64,000 bases of DNA from an uncultured Rhodohalobacter sp. Lineage in GTDB: Bacteria > Bacteroidota > Rhodothermia > Balneolales > Balneolaceae. Location: positions 79-64,078 of the forward strand of contig CAZVEP010000002.1 in assembly GCA_964625635.1 (NCBI GenBank), given 5' to 3'. Every line of letters begins with the position of its first letter. Positions within the stretch are counted from its first letter, which is position 1. Made by a program: the position numbers and the translations under genes. This document shows positions 50,883 through 60,839 of this stretch, in pieces. The notes beneath the pieces are model-generated. The model did not search any database, had not been told where the DNA came from, and worked only from the letters and a program-made list of their open reading frames with translations.

Positions 50883-51548
50883 TTAATTGCTTGATTTGAC
50901 AAGAATATCAGAGGCTATCTTATAACCGAGAGTCACCGGGTTTCCATTAACAATTAGCTCAAGCGGTCCATCAAAAGGTTCTTTTTTCTTTATGATGACT
51001 TCAGCACCAGGCGTAAGGCCATAGTCATCTAGATATCGAAGCAGTTCAGGCGTTTGATTTTTGACTCGTCTCACCTCAAGTGAAATATTCTCTTCAAGTC
51101 TTGATAATACCTTCAGACCAAGCTCCGGCATCATCCCATCTTTTGTTGGAATAGGATCACCATGGGGATCAAATTTAGGGTCATTCAGCAGTTCTGAAAT
51201 TTTATCCTCAAACTGCTCAGAAATATGATGCTCCAGTTTTTCGGCTTCATCGTGGACCTGATCCCAGGAATATCCAAGCATTTCCGCCAGATAAAGTTCA
51301 AGCAAACGATGATGCCGAATCATTTCAAGAGCAATCTTCCGGCCTGTTTCGGTCAGTTTTGAACCATAATATGATTTGTAAGTTACCATCCCCAGGTCCG
51401 ATAGGCGTTTCACCATATTCGTGACCGATGCATTGGCAACTTTCATTTCCTTCGCCAATTTAGAGGTGGGTACACCCTTTCCATCAAGAGTGGATTCTAA
51501 TTTATAAATGGCTTTTAAATAGTCCTCAACGGATTGACTTCTACTCAT
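50883..51548 (-). CDS. DtxR/MntR-family metal-dependent transcriptional regulator with C-terminal FeoA/SH3-like domain
   Basis: 221 aa. Winged-HTH SVEDYLKAIYKL..VANASVTNMVKRL and dimerisation/metal-site region HHRLLELYL..HDEAEKLEH. Confidence 0.85.
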   Translation of the reverse strand: MSRSQSVEDYLKAIYKLESTLDGKGVPTSKLAKEMKVANASVTNMVKRLSDLGMVTYKSYYGSKLTETGRKIALEMIRHHRLLELYLAEMLGYSWDQVHDEAEKLEHHISEQFEDKISELLNDPKFDPHGDPIPTKDGMMPELGLKVLSRLEENISLEVRRVKNQTPELLRYLDDYGLTPGAEVIIKKKEPFDGPLELIVNGNPVTLGYKIASDILVKSSN

Positions 51549-51574
51549 GATCTTATATTAAACTTGATGCGCTC

Positions 51575-52063
51575 TCACTCGTCCTTTTTTCTGTACTCCT
51601 CAAAGGAAAGTGACTCGTAGGAATCGCTGCCTACGAAAGTGAGAAGATCTTCAAAAACATCTGCCGGCAAAAGCCCGGGCTGCATTCCAAGCAGCTCGCC
51701 GCTGCTGTTCATAAAATATGTTGATGGCAAACTGGAACTTTTTAGCATTTTGGCGAAATCACTTTCCGTCATACGGTTGCCGAGAAAATTCACCTCATTT
51801 TGCGATTCGATATTGATCTTAACAAGGTAAAAGTGTTCGTTAACTGCTTTGATGACATCCGTTTCAGTATAGACCTCGGTATGCATTTTTTCACAATAGG
51901 GACACCATTCAGCGTAGACGTCAATCAGAACCTTTTTACCGCTCTCTTTAGCTGATATAAGCGCACTTTCAAGCGCTGTTGGGTTAAGACTCTGACCCGT
52001 ACTGATAGCTGAGAAGCACAGCAAGAGGCCGAGTGACAAGCAGAAAGTTTTGAGTGTTTTCAT
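51575..52063 (-). CDS. Secreted thioredoxin-fold protein
   Basis: 162 aa. Signal peptide and WCPYC active site. Confidence 0.8.
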   Translation of the reverse strand: MKTLKTFCLSLGLLLCFSAISTGQSLNPTALESALISAKESGKKVLIDVYAEWCPYCEKMHTEVYTETDVIKAVNEHFYLVKINIESQNEVNFLGNRMTESDFAKMLKSSSLPSTYFMNSSGELLGMQPGLLPADVFEDLLTFVGSDSYESLSFEEYRKKDE

Positions 52064-52093
52064 AATTTTAAGTTACTATTGTTATCAATTCTT

Positions 52094-54685
52094 TTATGTT
52101 TTCTTTATCACTATTGCCGTCATATCATCATGAGGTTCAGAACCTTCTCCGAATTTCATGAGATCATTAGATAGTGCCTTGATGATCTTTTCAGCTGAGA
52201 GTTTTGAAGACCGCCTCAATATACTATGCAATCTTGCATCACCATAAAACCGACCGCGAGAATTTGTAGCCTCTACAACACCATCTGTATACATAACCAG
52301 GATGTCGCCTTTTTTTAATTCCACCGAGAGTTCATAAATATTGTCTCTGAAGAGCTCTTCGTTCGCCATCCCGAGACCCATACCTGACGGGCGATACTCT
52401 TTCACTTTACCTGCTGCTGCATTAAAGAAAAGCAGTGGATTATGCCCTCCCCTTGAGAAACGAAACGTACTGCTCTTGAAGTCTATTATTCCGAAAATGA
52501 TCGAAATAAATGTTCCTCTCTTAGAGTTCTTCAAAAACAGATTATTGATACGCGTTAACATTTCGGAGGTGGATGAAATATCATCACTCAGTGCATGCAG
52601 AACACCCTTGGTAAAGGTCATGTAAAAAGCGGCTTCAATTCCTTTACCACTTACATCACCTATTGTTACGGCCAGTTTTTCATCTTCCATTTCGATGAAA
52701 TCGTAGTAATCCCCGCCTGTTTCATGGGCAGGAGTACAAACAGCAGCAATTTCAAAGCCATTACCGTTGGGCATTTTACTTGGAAGAAATGATTGCTGTA
52801 CAGCTCTTGCAATTTGAAGCTCTTGCTTAATCCTTTCATCCCGCTTGAGTTCATTGATGTATTCCGGCACATATTCCGGTAAATCTTCTATGGGATTGCC
52901 ATTGTAAAACCCAAAAATACCAAGAAGAATCAGAGCAAATGTCAAAAGCAGACTAACATAAAAAACTGATTGATCGGGTGAGGATTCCATAACCAGGCCA
53001 GTGGCACTCATAAAATGTATGCCGAAAATACTGAGTGCGATTACAACGGTCAGCAGATCTTCTTTATAGTATATGACACCCGCGAACAATCCGAGTGCTC
53101 CAACTACCACCATATCTGTAGACCACGGACTTACATCGATAGGTATGTAATTTAGCATCAGGAAAAGTGCAGTACTGATTGCAATAATCCATATTGGTCG
53201 CTTTGTTCGCCCACTCAGTTTGCCTACGCTTATTAATAACACTGCCTGCACTATGAGCAGGTAAAAAAGTGAACTGGTAATAATGACCTCAAGAGATGGC
53301 AAAATTGTGGTATCGGACCTGAAAATTTCTGTCACTGATATATAGCTTCCGGGCATCACATAAATGATAAAAGTGATCAGCGCGGTGAGTATATAAGCGT
53401 AGGATACAGAACGGATAAGCACGAGACCGACCGGCCTGTTGTAAAATCTTGCCAGTCGGATAAGATCAAATGTTTTAAGTTTTTCAATCCAGTTTTCACG
53501 GGTAAGCGAATCCCCAATTGCGGTGGTTATGAAAAAAACTACAGAGCTGATCGCTGCCATAAACCCGAAAGAAAAGAAAAGGCCAAAAACTTCTTCGGTT
53601 GAAAAACCTGCAGGATTATTGTAAAGATAGTTACTTATTTGGCGCATCAGGAAAATAAGCGGTGTCGCAAATCCGGCAAGAACAGCGATCAGAACAGATA
53701 ATTTGATATCTACAAGACGGAGCCTGATTCTGATAAAGAATAAAACCACCATCCAGAGTGCAAGCAGAAAAATCGTAATTGCGGTGATGCCAAATCTTAC
53801 ACTTAAATCGGTCTGATTTGCCATCACTGTATCACTCTCCAGCTGATATTCCATTCCTATAAGTGTTCCTGTAGGTAACAGATCAAGAGTGATTTGCATT
53901 GTTGAAGGAGAAATTTCCGGCAGTTCTCCAGCAAAAGTAATTTGAGCTGTCTCAACACCCCTCACCATCTGCGGTTCTACATCCTGTTGGGTAAAGTATT
54001 CGGCGGGCCATCCGGATTGATTAAGGTGATATATTCCCATTTGAATAGCATCATCCGCATCCAGATATACTGGTTCTCCATCAATAATTACATTTTGATT
54101 TCGCCCCTGACCCGATGTCAGACGAAATTGCAGTTCTTTATTTAGTAGAGAATCCGGAGGTGATTGTTGTAGAGTGGGAAGCAAATCAGGTTTATGTTCT
54201 TCAAAAAACTGTGTTTCAAACGGTTTTTTTGAAAACAGACTTGATGGATTACTAAATGCAAGCAAATCACCGGTTTCCGAGAGATGAAGTTCTACGAACC
54301 ATATTGATTCATCAGTATCCGGTTCCTCAAGCGATGATTCGGATAGGGGAATTCGCCGCTGTGAATGCCAATAAAATGAAGGGATAAGTTTCCGAAGCAC
54401 ACTCCCCCGGCCATAACCTTCCTGCTGCTGTTGACTTAACTCAGTCTGTACAAAGTCCAGAATGTCGCTATTAACACGGTAGGTCGTCTGAGACGTACCA
54501 TCATAATTATACCCCAATTCATTCATTGCAGAATCCATGCTGCTTGAGGCCGCAGATACTCCCAACGAATTATCCCCCAGGCTGAGTGGATGTAAAATAG
54601 GATAATACCAATAAAAGAAGGCGGCTGCGAGCAGGCCTAATGCAATCAGCACTAAATCCCGCTTGGCCGTATCCATTCCGAACAT
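52094..54685 (-). CDS. Membrane-bound PP2C/SpoIIE-family serine phosphatase with large N-terminal sensor region
   Basis: 863 aa. N-terminal TM helix, an extracytoplasmic domain of about 270 aa, about 10 TM helices, then PP2C motifs ETGGDYYDF, IGDVSGKGIEAAF, MYTDGVVEA and HDDMTAIVI. Confidence 0.8.
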   Translation of the reverse strand: MFGMDTAKRDLVLIALGLLAAAFFYWYYPILHPLSLGDNSLGVSAASSSMDSAMNELGYNYDGTSQTTYRVNSDILDFVQTELSQQQQEGYGRGSVLRKLIPSFYWHSQRRIPLSESSLEEPDTDESIWFVELHLSETGDLLAFSNPSSLFSKKPFETQFFEEHKPDLLPTLQQSPPDSLLNKELQFRLTSGQGRNQNVIIDGEPVYLDADDAIQMGIYHLNQSGWPAEYFTQQDVEPQMVRGVETAQITFAGELPEISPSTMQITLDLLPTGTLIGMEYQLESDTVMANQTDLSVRFGITAITIFLLALWMVVLFFIRIRLRLVDIKLSVLIAVLAGFATPLIFLMRQISNYLYNNPAGFSTEEVFGLFFSFGFMAAISSVVFFITTAIGDSLTRENWIEKLKTFDLIRLARFYNRPVGLVLIRSVSYAYILTALITFIIYVMPGSYISVTEIFRSDTTILPSLEVIITSSLFYLLIVQAVLLISVGKLSGRTKRPIWIIAISTALFLMLNYIPIDVSPWSTDMVVVGALGLFAGVIYYKEDLLTVVIALSIFGIHFMSATGLVMESSPDQSVFYVSLLLTFALILLGIFGFYNGNPIEDLPEYVPEYINELKRDERIKQELQIARAVQQSFLPSKMPNGNGFEIAAVCTPAHETGGDYYDFIEMEDEKLAVTIGDVSGKGIEAAFYMTFTKGVLHALSDDISSTSEMLTRINNLFLKNSKRGTFISIIFGIIDFKSSTFRFSRGGHNPLLFFNAAAGKVKEYRPSGMGLGMANEELFRDNIYELSVELKKGDILVMYTDGVVEATNSRGRFYGDARLHSILRRSSKLSAEKIIKALSNDLMKFGEGSEPHDDMTAIVIKKT

Positions 54686-54874
54686 GAAAAAAGGTTGTTA
54701 AGTTAGTTTCCAGATCTTGAGAAACCCTTCAAATTTATAACCTCAATGAGATATTCTACAACAAACCCCTATTTCGTTAAAAATCGATCAAATGTTGCAA
54801 TCTCATTTATACTTGGATTAAATTGTATCTAATTTACCGTTAAAGAAAAACTATTCACAGTTTAAATTATTTCT

Positions 54875-55642
54875 ATGTGTCTGATCGTCTTTGCATTCAA
54901 TCACCATCCGGAATACCCGTTTATTCTTGCCGGAAACAGAGATGAATTTTATGCACGTGAGGCCCAAAAAGCACATTTTTGGGATACAGAGCCTGAAATC
55001 CTTGCCGGTAAAGATCTCCGTGCGGGTGGTACCTGGCTTGGCATTTCTAAAAAGGGAGAATTTGGTGCAATTACGAATTACAGGGATTTTAAGAATCCAA
55101 AGGAAGGTCCGCGATCGCGTGGAGAAATTATTCCAGAGATTTTAACACAAGATGGATCGGTCAAAAAAAACCTACACCGGTTGCTTCAAAAATCTCAAAA
55201 CTATTCAGGATTCAACCTTCTGTCTGGTACTTGTGACAATCTGTATTATTTGAATAACATTACCTGCGATTTAGAAACAGTTGAACCGGGTATTCACGGT
55301 ATTAGCAATGCTTTTTTGGATACGCCATGGCCGAAGGTGGAAAATGCCAGGTCAAAATTTAAGGCTGCTTTAAAAACTGAAACGCTAGATAAAGAATTGA
55401 TTTTTGAGTTTCTCAGAAATTCTGAGACATACCCTCAGGCATCACTGCCTGATACCGGGCTATCACCCGAAATGGAAAAAGCTGTTTCTCCGATATTTAT
55501 AGAAACTGATGGTTACGGAACCCGCTGCTCTACCCTGCTAACAATAGATACGTCAGGTCGTGTCAATTTTATCGAAAAAACATACACCAAAAATGGCAAT
55601 TCTGATTTTGTGACTGAGTATACCTTCGATACTTTATCCTAA
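54875..55642 (+). CDS. NRDE-family protein (TANGO2/DUF833-like)
   Basis: 255 aa. N-terminal MCLIVFAF and a literal NRDE motif (LAGNRDEFYAR). Confidence 0.8.
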   Translation: MCLIVFAFNHHPEYPFILAGNRDEFYAREAQKAHFWDTEPEILAGKDLRAGGTWLGISKKGEFGAITNYRDFKNPKEGPRSRGEIIPEILTQDGSVKKNLHRLLQKSQNYSGFNLLSGTCDNLYYLNNITCDLETVEPGIHGISNAFLDTPWPKVENARSKFKAALKTETLDKELIFEFLRNSETYPQASLPDTGLSPEMEKAVSPIFIETDGYGTRCSTLLTIDTSGRVNFIEKTYTKNGNSDFVTEYTFDTLS

Positions 55643-55672
55643 ACATCCTTATACCCACTGCAGTTAATAGAA

Positions 55673-56839
55673 TTATAAGTTACGCAATCGGTCCCTGGCT
55701 TTAGAGATAAAATCTGCCTCTACATTTTGATCAATTGCTGTAGAGTAATATAGCCTGGCATCCTCTGTTTTGCCTAGAGCCTCAGACGCAAGACCTGCGT
55801 AATAATTGGCTACACAATAGTATAATCTTTCAGGCTGGTTAGGAAGCTTTTCTCCGTGATTTATAGCTGATTTAAATGAGCTAAGAGCTTCATCAAAGTC
55901 ATTCAACCGATAATAAGCCCTCCCTTTCCAGAACTGGAGCTCTTCCTGCATGAGATTTATGCTTTCTTGTTCCTTATTTTCCCACCTTTCAAGCGCACTA
56001 TCTACAGCATTAAATACATCTTCGTTCCTATTCAGGCTCGACAAGGTCCGAATTTTAAGTCGCCTGTAATATCCGTTATCCGGATATTTTGTGACAAGTT
56101 CCTGAAAATACTGCATGGCAGCATCAACTTTATTTTCATAGTTCAAAAGTATATTGCCCATAAAATAAGTTGCTTCAGGTCTCGAAAATACCCCTTCATT
56201 TGAGGCTTTGCGTATTTTTCTCAGTCCTTCCTGCTTATCCCCGTCCGGAAAAAACCATGATACAGCCCGAACGACCGGATACTCCTCAGGAATATATTCG
56301 GCGTAATAGGATATCATACCCCGCACAAATTCATTATCTGGAAAATCGGGCTCCACTTCCATCAGCGTTTGATACGTACTATAGGCTCTACGGGACACCT
56401 TTACGCTGGATAACCAATTGTCTCTATTAGAGTAATGCCTGCCGATATATCCATTGGCAAGCGCACGGATAATCAGCGCATCGGGGTGATTGGGTTCACG
56501 GTTTAATAGCTGCCCTGCGGCGTAATCACTCCGTTGCATCGCCTCCATGAGCCGGTCATCGTTAGAGTGATCATAAAGGTCTTCAAGCACAACCCACCAT
56601 AACTCCATTGCATCCCATATTTCCCAAATCGGGTGATTAGGATATCGATTTTGCCATTTCTGCATGATGTCATCTGATGCTTCGGCATTCCTATTGTACA
56701 GAGAGTCAATAGCAACTACAGCATCTTGTTTGAACTGGCCATCATGTATCAGCACCGGTACCTGTGAAAAACCGGCGTTTGCCCACACTGCAAGCAGTAG
56801 AAAAAAGTATGAAGCGGCGATAGTTTTTAAATGAATCAT
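55673..56839 (-). CDS. Secreted TPR-repeat protein
   Basis: 388 aa. Signal peptide and repeated TPR-like A/Y/W patterns through the C-terminal half. Confidence 0.6.
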   Translation of the reverse strand: MIHLKTIAASYFFLLLAVWANAGFSQVPVLIHDGQFKQDAVVAIDSLYNRNAEASDDIMQKWQNRYPNHPIWEIWDAMELWWVVLEDLYDHSNDDRLMEAMQRSDYAAGQLLNREPNHPDALIIRALANGYIGRHYSNRDNWLSSVKVSRRAYSTYQTLMEVEPDFPDNEFVRGMISYYAEYIPEEYPVVRAVSWFFPDGDKQEGLRKIRKASNEGVFSRPEATYFMGNILLNYENKVDAAMQYFQELVTKYPDNGYYRRLKIRTLSSLNRNEDVFNAVDSALERWENKEQESINLMQEELQFWKGRAYYRLNDFDEALSSFKSAINHGEKLPNQPERLYYCVANYYAGLASEALGKTEDARLYYSTAIDQNVEADFISKARDRLRNL

Positions 56840-57367
56840 AGCCTGCTTTCCAATATTGATTGCGTTATTCTTAATAAATATAAGTGTTCTTTTAATTCAA
56901 ACGAAGACACACTCAAAATCATATCACAGATCTTTCTTCGTCTATTTTGTTTTTATACTCAGTTTGATGGGCAATTATATGAATTAAATGACCTGAGAAT
57001 TAGCTCATTCTAAATTGCGCGTGGTTACTACTCAGATTTAAAATCAGCTTATAAACTGTGTGACTCTCCCTCTTGGAACGAAATCTCCCACATGCCGCTG
57101 CCCGACCCAAAGTCTACACAGAGGTAGAATTTTGGAATCGGCCATAGGTTACTGTCGTACTTAAAAAAGTATAGACCTGGAGTCTAATAACAACTACTGT
57201 GGACTATACTAACCGTGACACGCAACTTCGAATGGCCACATGTGCTAAGTATGCTTTCTTTTAATTGACCAGGATGGTCAAACCAAGATGTCTGTTAGCA
57301 GGTTTTTCCGATTGACAGGTATTGTCGCTTAACTCCAGGTACTCTCTTTTTAACTAAATTGCCGGTC

Positions 57368-58243
57368 CTACTTCAGATGCTCCAAAAACCAGGTCTCTGT
57401 TGATTCAAGAAGTTCGTCAAATGGCGCAGGAAAATCGTCATCTTCAAATGGATGAGCTGTACTGAACGTGTGACCTGTATCCTGAATAATTTTTATTTCT
57501 TTGTCGTCTGATGGACAGGCGCGAAACAGTTTCTTAGAGTCTGAATGAGGAACAGCCTCGTCATCTTTACCTGCAATAAACAGCGCCGGAATATGAAGTT
57601 CTTTAACCCGTATACTCGCCATCAGCCTGTCAGCATTTTCAATAGCGTCATCATAAACGATTTTATTCAGTTTGAACGTCTGCCCTGTTCTGGAATTCTC
57701 GATTTCAGTATAGCCCTGGCTCTCCCAGTCACTAACCATATCATCACTCCAGCGCTTATTATAGTTGGCTACTGCCGACCATGTGACGAGAGTCTGAATT
57801 CCAGGGTATTCAGCCGCAGCCGCAACAGCTGTGTGTCCACCCCTTGAATGGCCAATAATTCCGATGATATCCGTATTTATCATCACTTGTTCGCTTCTGA
57901 GCTCTCCGTTTTTGAGATGAGAAATAACATCGCCTACATCATTTAGGTCTGAACTCAATGTCTCTTTTTCAAAAAGTTCAGGCTGGTCAAATTCCAGCAT
58001 ATTTTCACTCACCCCATTTTTTGAGAAATTAAAAGCGAGCACGCAAAATCCATGTCTGGCAAGATATTCACAGGCATCCGGAAAAGCTCCCCAGTCTTTA
58101 AATCCCTTGAAACCGTGCAAAAAAAGGATGACCGGAAACGATCGCGTTTTCGCTGTAACAGGTGAGTAAAGATCGTAATATATCGGTAAATCCTCGCGCG
58201 ACTTTACTGACCCTGTCTCTTTTTTGACACTACTGTAAATCAT
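57368..58243 (-). CDS. Alpha/beta-fold hydrolase (esterase / dienelactone-hydrolase-like)
   Basis: 291 aa. HG oxyanion context LFLHGFKG, nucleophile elbow GHSRGG, and C-terminal DTGHTF. Confidence 0.8.
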   Translation of the reverse strand: MIYSSVKKETGSVKSREDLPIYYDLYSPVTAKTRSFPVILFLHGFKGFKDWGAFPDACEYLARHGFCVLAFNFSKNGVSENMLEFDQPELFEKETLSSDLNDVGDVISHLKNGELRSEQVMINTDIIGIIGHSRGGHTAVAAAAEYPGIQTLVTWSAVANYNKRWSDDMVSDWESQGYTEIENSRTGQTFKLNKIVYDDAIENADRLMASIRVKELHIPALFIAGKDDEAVPHSDSKKLFRACPSDDKEIKIIQDTGHTFSTAHPFEDDDFPAPFDELLESTETWFLEHLK

Positions 58244-59166
58244 TAGTTCGGTTGATTAAATTCAAGTGTATCCAATTTTACCAGTTTTCTTAGATTGTTG
58301 ATCTCTTCTGTTCTAAGATAGCGCCAGCGGCCCACTTTCAAATCTTTTTCATGCAGCCCTGCGTAATATATTCGTTTTAAATTTACTACATCCGCTCCAA
58401 TATGATCCACCATTCGCCGAATGAGATGATTTCTGCCTTCATAAACTGTAATAATAATTGAGTCTGCTTTGTGCGGATCACGAGTAACGGAATCTGGTTT
58501 AATGAAGCCGTCTTCAAGGTCAACACCTTCCCTGAGGCCTATCATTTCTTCTTCTGTAAGCACTCTGTTCGGCTGCACAAGATAGGTTTTCTTAACCTGG
58601 TAGCTTGGATGCATCAGGCGATGTGCAAGATCTCCATCATTGGTAAGCAGTAATAGCCCCATTGTTTTTCTATCGAGCCGGCCAACCGGGTATACACGGT
58701 TACCTGTTGCATCCTCTATTGTATCCATCACCGTCATACGATCACGCTCGTCATCTGTTGTGGTAATTGACCCGGAACTCTTGTTCAGCAATATATACAC
58801 AAATGGCTCGAGGGTTAGAGTTTGGCCGTTGACAACAACAGTGTCAGTTTTTTTAACTTTGGTTCCGTGTTCAGTTACTGTATTACCATTCACTTTCACC
58901 TTACCCGCCGATACGTAATCATCTGCATCACGGCGGGAGCATAGTCCTGCATGAGCAATGAATTTATTGATCCGCATTTCTTCTTCCGCCTGAGGTCGCT
59001 GGGGCGCCGTTTGTGGATTCTTCAGCGTTCCTTCAGCTCTTTTTGAACGAAATCTTTTCCCTGAAGAACCGGAGGATCGCCTGCTACCTGGACGCGATCT
59101 TTTTCCATCAGCTTGATGGCTGTTTGATTTATTATTTCGTTCAGGTCTCTTTTTCTTGTCTGTCAT
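58243..59166 (-). CDS. rluB: rRNA pseudouridine synthase (RluB/RsuA family) with basic N-terminal tail and S4 domain
   Basis: 307 aa. S4 region MRINKFIAHAGLCSRRDAD and catalytic Asp motif VGRLDRKTMGLLLLTNDG. Confidence 0.88.
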   Translation of the reverse strand: MTDKKKRPERNNKSNSHQADGKRSRPGSRRSSGSSGKRFRSKRAEGTLKNPQTAPQRPQAEEEMRINKFIAHAGLCSRRDADDYVSAGKVKVNGNTVTEHGTKVKKTDTVVVNGQTLTLEPFVYILLNKSSGSITTTDDERDRMTVMDTIEDATGNRVYPVGRLDRKTMGLLLLTNDGDLAHRLMHPSYQVKKTYLVQPNRVLTEEEMIGLREGVDLEDGFIKPDSVTRDPHKADSIIITVYEGRNHLIRRMVDHIGADVVNLKRIYYAGLHEKDLKVGRWRYLRTEEINNLRKLVKLDTLEFNQPN

Positions 59167-59371
59167 AAAATTGTGAGGAATATCTTGCTAAATTCTTGGA
59201 TTTGTAACGATTTAATTCAACTACTGTGGTTTAAAGGAATAGAAAAGTGAGCCGTTAGTTCATACTGATTTTTCGAGGTCACATCACACAAAACTTTTCA
59301 TCAAAAAATTTCTGGCCTAATTCTTTAACCTTTTAAAGTAACAAATTATCGGACCTAAGCAGAATGAGTCT

Positions 59372-59863
59372 TCAGGGATTTGTTTTGCTGATTCTGGTGT
59401 GTAAGTTGTTCACTTCCATCAGTGCAGCAGAACCGTACCATGAATGTAATTCCATTTCAAGACGGCCAGCTTCAATAGCAGGGTCTGTCTCGGTAAGCTC
59501 ACGGGCTTCTTCAACAGTACGGACATCAAACACATACATTCCCCTCAGTTCTCCACTGCCGATAAAAGGGCCGGCAAGTATAAGTCTGCCCTCTTCCGCA
59601 AGTCGTTTGATATTGTCGAGGTGGGCTCGCTGAAGGTTTGCTGCACGAGTAGAATCCATACTCTGATTAGGACCTGATTTCAAAAATGCAATCACATATT
59701 GTTTCATTCCGTAATCGTCAGCACCCAGTTCTTCTGCAAGCAATTCATCATAATCCTGTGACCCATCTTCAATTATACTTTCATCGACCTTATCTGCCGG
59801 AGCCCCACAGCCGATAAGAAGTAAAAGAGGCGAAAAAATTAATAGAGCTTGTAGTTTATTCAT
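59372..59863 (-). CDS. YciI-family protein with lipoprotein signal peptide
   Basis: 163 aa. Lipobox LLLIGC followed by a YciI-like core (KQYVIAFLKSGPN .. HLDNIKRLAEEGRLILAGPF). Confidence 0.65.
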   Translation of the reverse strand: MNKLQALLIFSPLLLLIGCGAPADKVDESIIEDGSQDYDELLAEELGADDYGMKQYVIAFLKSGPNQSMDSTRAANLQRAHLDNIKRLAEEGRLILAGPFIGSGELRGMYVFDVRTVEEARELTETDPAIEAGRLEMELHSWYGSAALMEVNNLHTRISKTNP

Positions 59864-59989
59864 ATCACAATAGCATTATTTTAAAGCGTCTAAATCTTAT
59901 AGATATATATACCTAATTTACTACACATCAATTGTTTAGATATCGATAGTTATAATTTATTTATATCTGAATTCTTAATATCTATCTAA

Positions 59990-60415
59990 CTAATAAACTT
60001 TATCGGGATCAAAGGATCGTTCCTTAATCTCATATGTAAGAGACAGTTGATTATCGGCATCCAGCGATCTATAAAAACAACTCCTGTAGCCGTTATGGCA
60101 GGCTCCTTCTTTCGCCATGTTTACCCGCACCTGAATAACATCCTGGTCACAATCCACCAATATTTTTTCAACAAACTGATATCTGCCTGATGACTCACCC
60201 TTCACCCAGATCTTATCCCGGCTTCTGCTGTAATAGGTCGCTTTACCTGTTTCGATCGTCATCTTTAAAGCAGGTTTATTCATCCATGCAAACATCAAAA
60301 CCTCGTTGGAATCCGCATCAACTGTGATACAGGGTATCAACCCACGCTCGTCAAATTTCGGAGCAAAATCATGACCGAGCTCTATCTGTTTTTTATCAAC
60401 TCTTTCTGAGAACAT
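59990..60415 (-). CDS. hisI: Phosphoribosyl-AMP cyclohydrolase
   Basis: 141 aa. YYSRSRDKIWVKGESSG, VDCDQDVI and CHNGYRSCFYR. Confidence 0.9.
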   Translation of the reverse strand: MFSERVDKKQIELGHDFAPKFDERGLIPCITVDADSNEVLMFAWMNKPALKMTIETGKATYYSRSRDKIWVKGESSGRYQFVEKILVDCDQDVIQVRVNMAKEGACHNGYRSCFYRSLDADNQLSLTYEIKERSFDPDKVY

Positions 60416-60423
60416 AGTTCAAT

Positions 60424-60723
60424 CTACTTGGTTTCACTTTCATTGTCTTCATCTTTTTTGGGAACCGGATCGTATCCAAATGTTCCCCAGGGATGGCAGC
60501 GAGCTAATCTCTTTAATCCCATCCACGTGCCTTTTAGTGCACCCCATTCTTTAATCGCTTCCATCATATAAGATGAACAGCTTGGGCTGTGCCGGCAGGT
60601 TTGTCCAAGATATGGAGATATTGCAAGCTGATAAAAGCGGATAAATTTGATAAGTAACCACTGTATTCCCTTTTGGACTTTTTCAATAATAGAAAAGCCT
60701 CTGTTGGGTGCTGTCCTATTCAT
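60424..60723 (-). CDS. yidD: Membrane protein insertion efficiency factor YidD
   Basis: 99 aa. [15 protein letters not shown] and RCHPWG..GYDPVP. Confidence 0.9.
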   Translation of the reverse strand: MNRTAPNRGFSIIEKVQKGIQWLLIKFIRFYQLAISPYLGQTCRHSPSCSSYMMEAIKEWGALKGTWMGLKRLARCHPWGTFGYDPVPKKDEDNESETK

Positions 60724-60839
60724 TACGTTTCAAATGAGATTAGAATTGCAGATCTTAGCTAACGATTTGAGGATCATAAGCATATCGGTCTGCTACCCGC
60801 TGCCTTCCAAATAAAGAAACGGATGCCAGACCGGTTTGT

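Noticed and set aside
57011-57367. Tested whether the large spacer encodes tmRNA, RNase P RNA or SRP RNA
   Set aside because: Neither strand shows a GGGG..TTCGAC 5' end or a T-arm with CCACCA 3' end (tmRNA). Neither shows GAGGAAAGTCCGG or ACAGAACCCGGCTTA-like blocks (RNase P), or an SRP domain IV-like motif. An in-frame ESNNNYCGLY* reading on the + strand does not end in the usual ALAA-type tag. The region is kept only as an unassigned candidate.
60786-60833. 7-bp complement CGGTCTG / CAGACCG between cysS and yidD
   Set aside because: The loop is 34 nt with no supporting inner pairing and there is no T-tract. This is within chance expectation.
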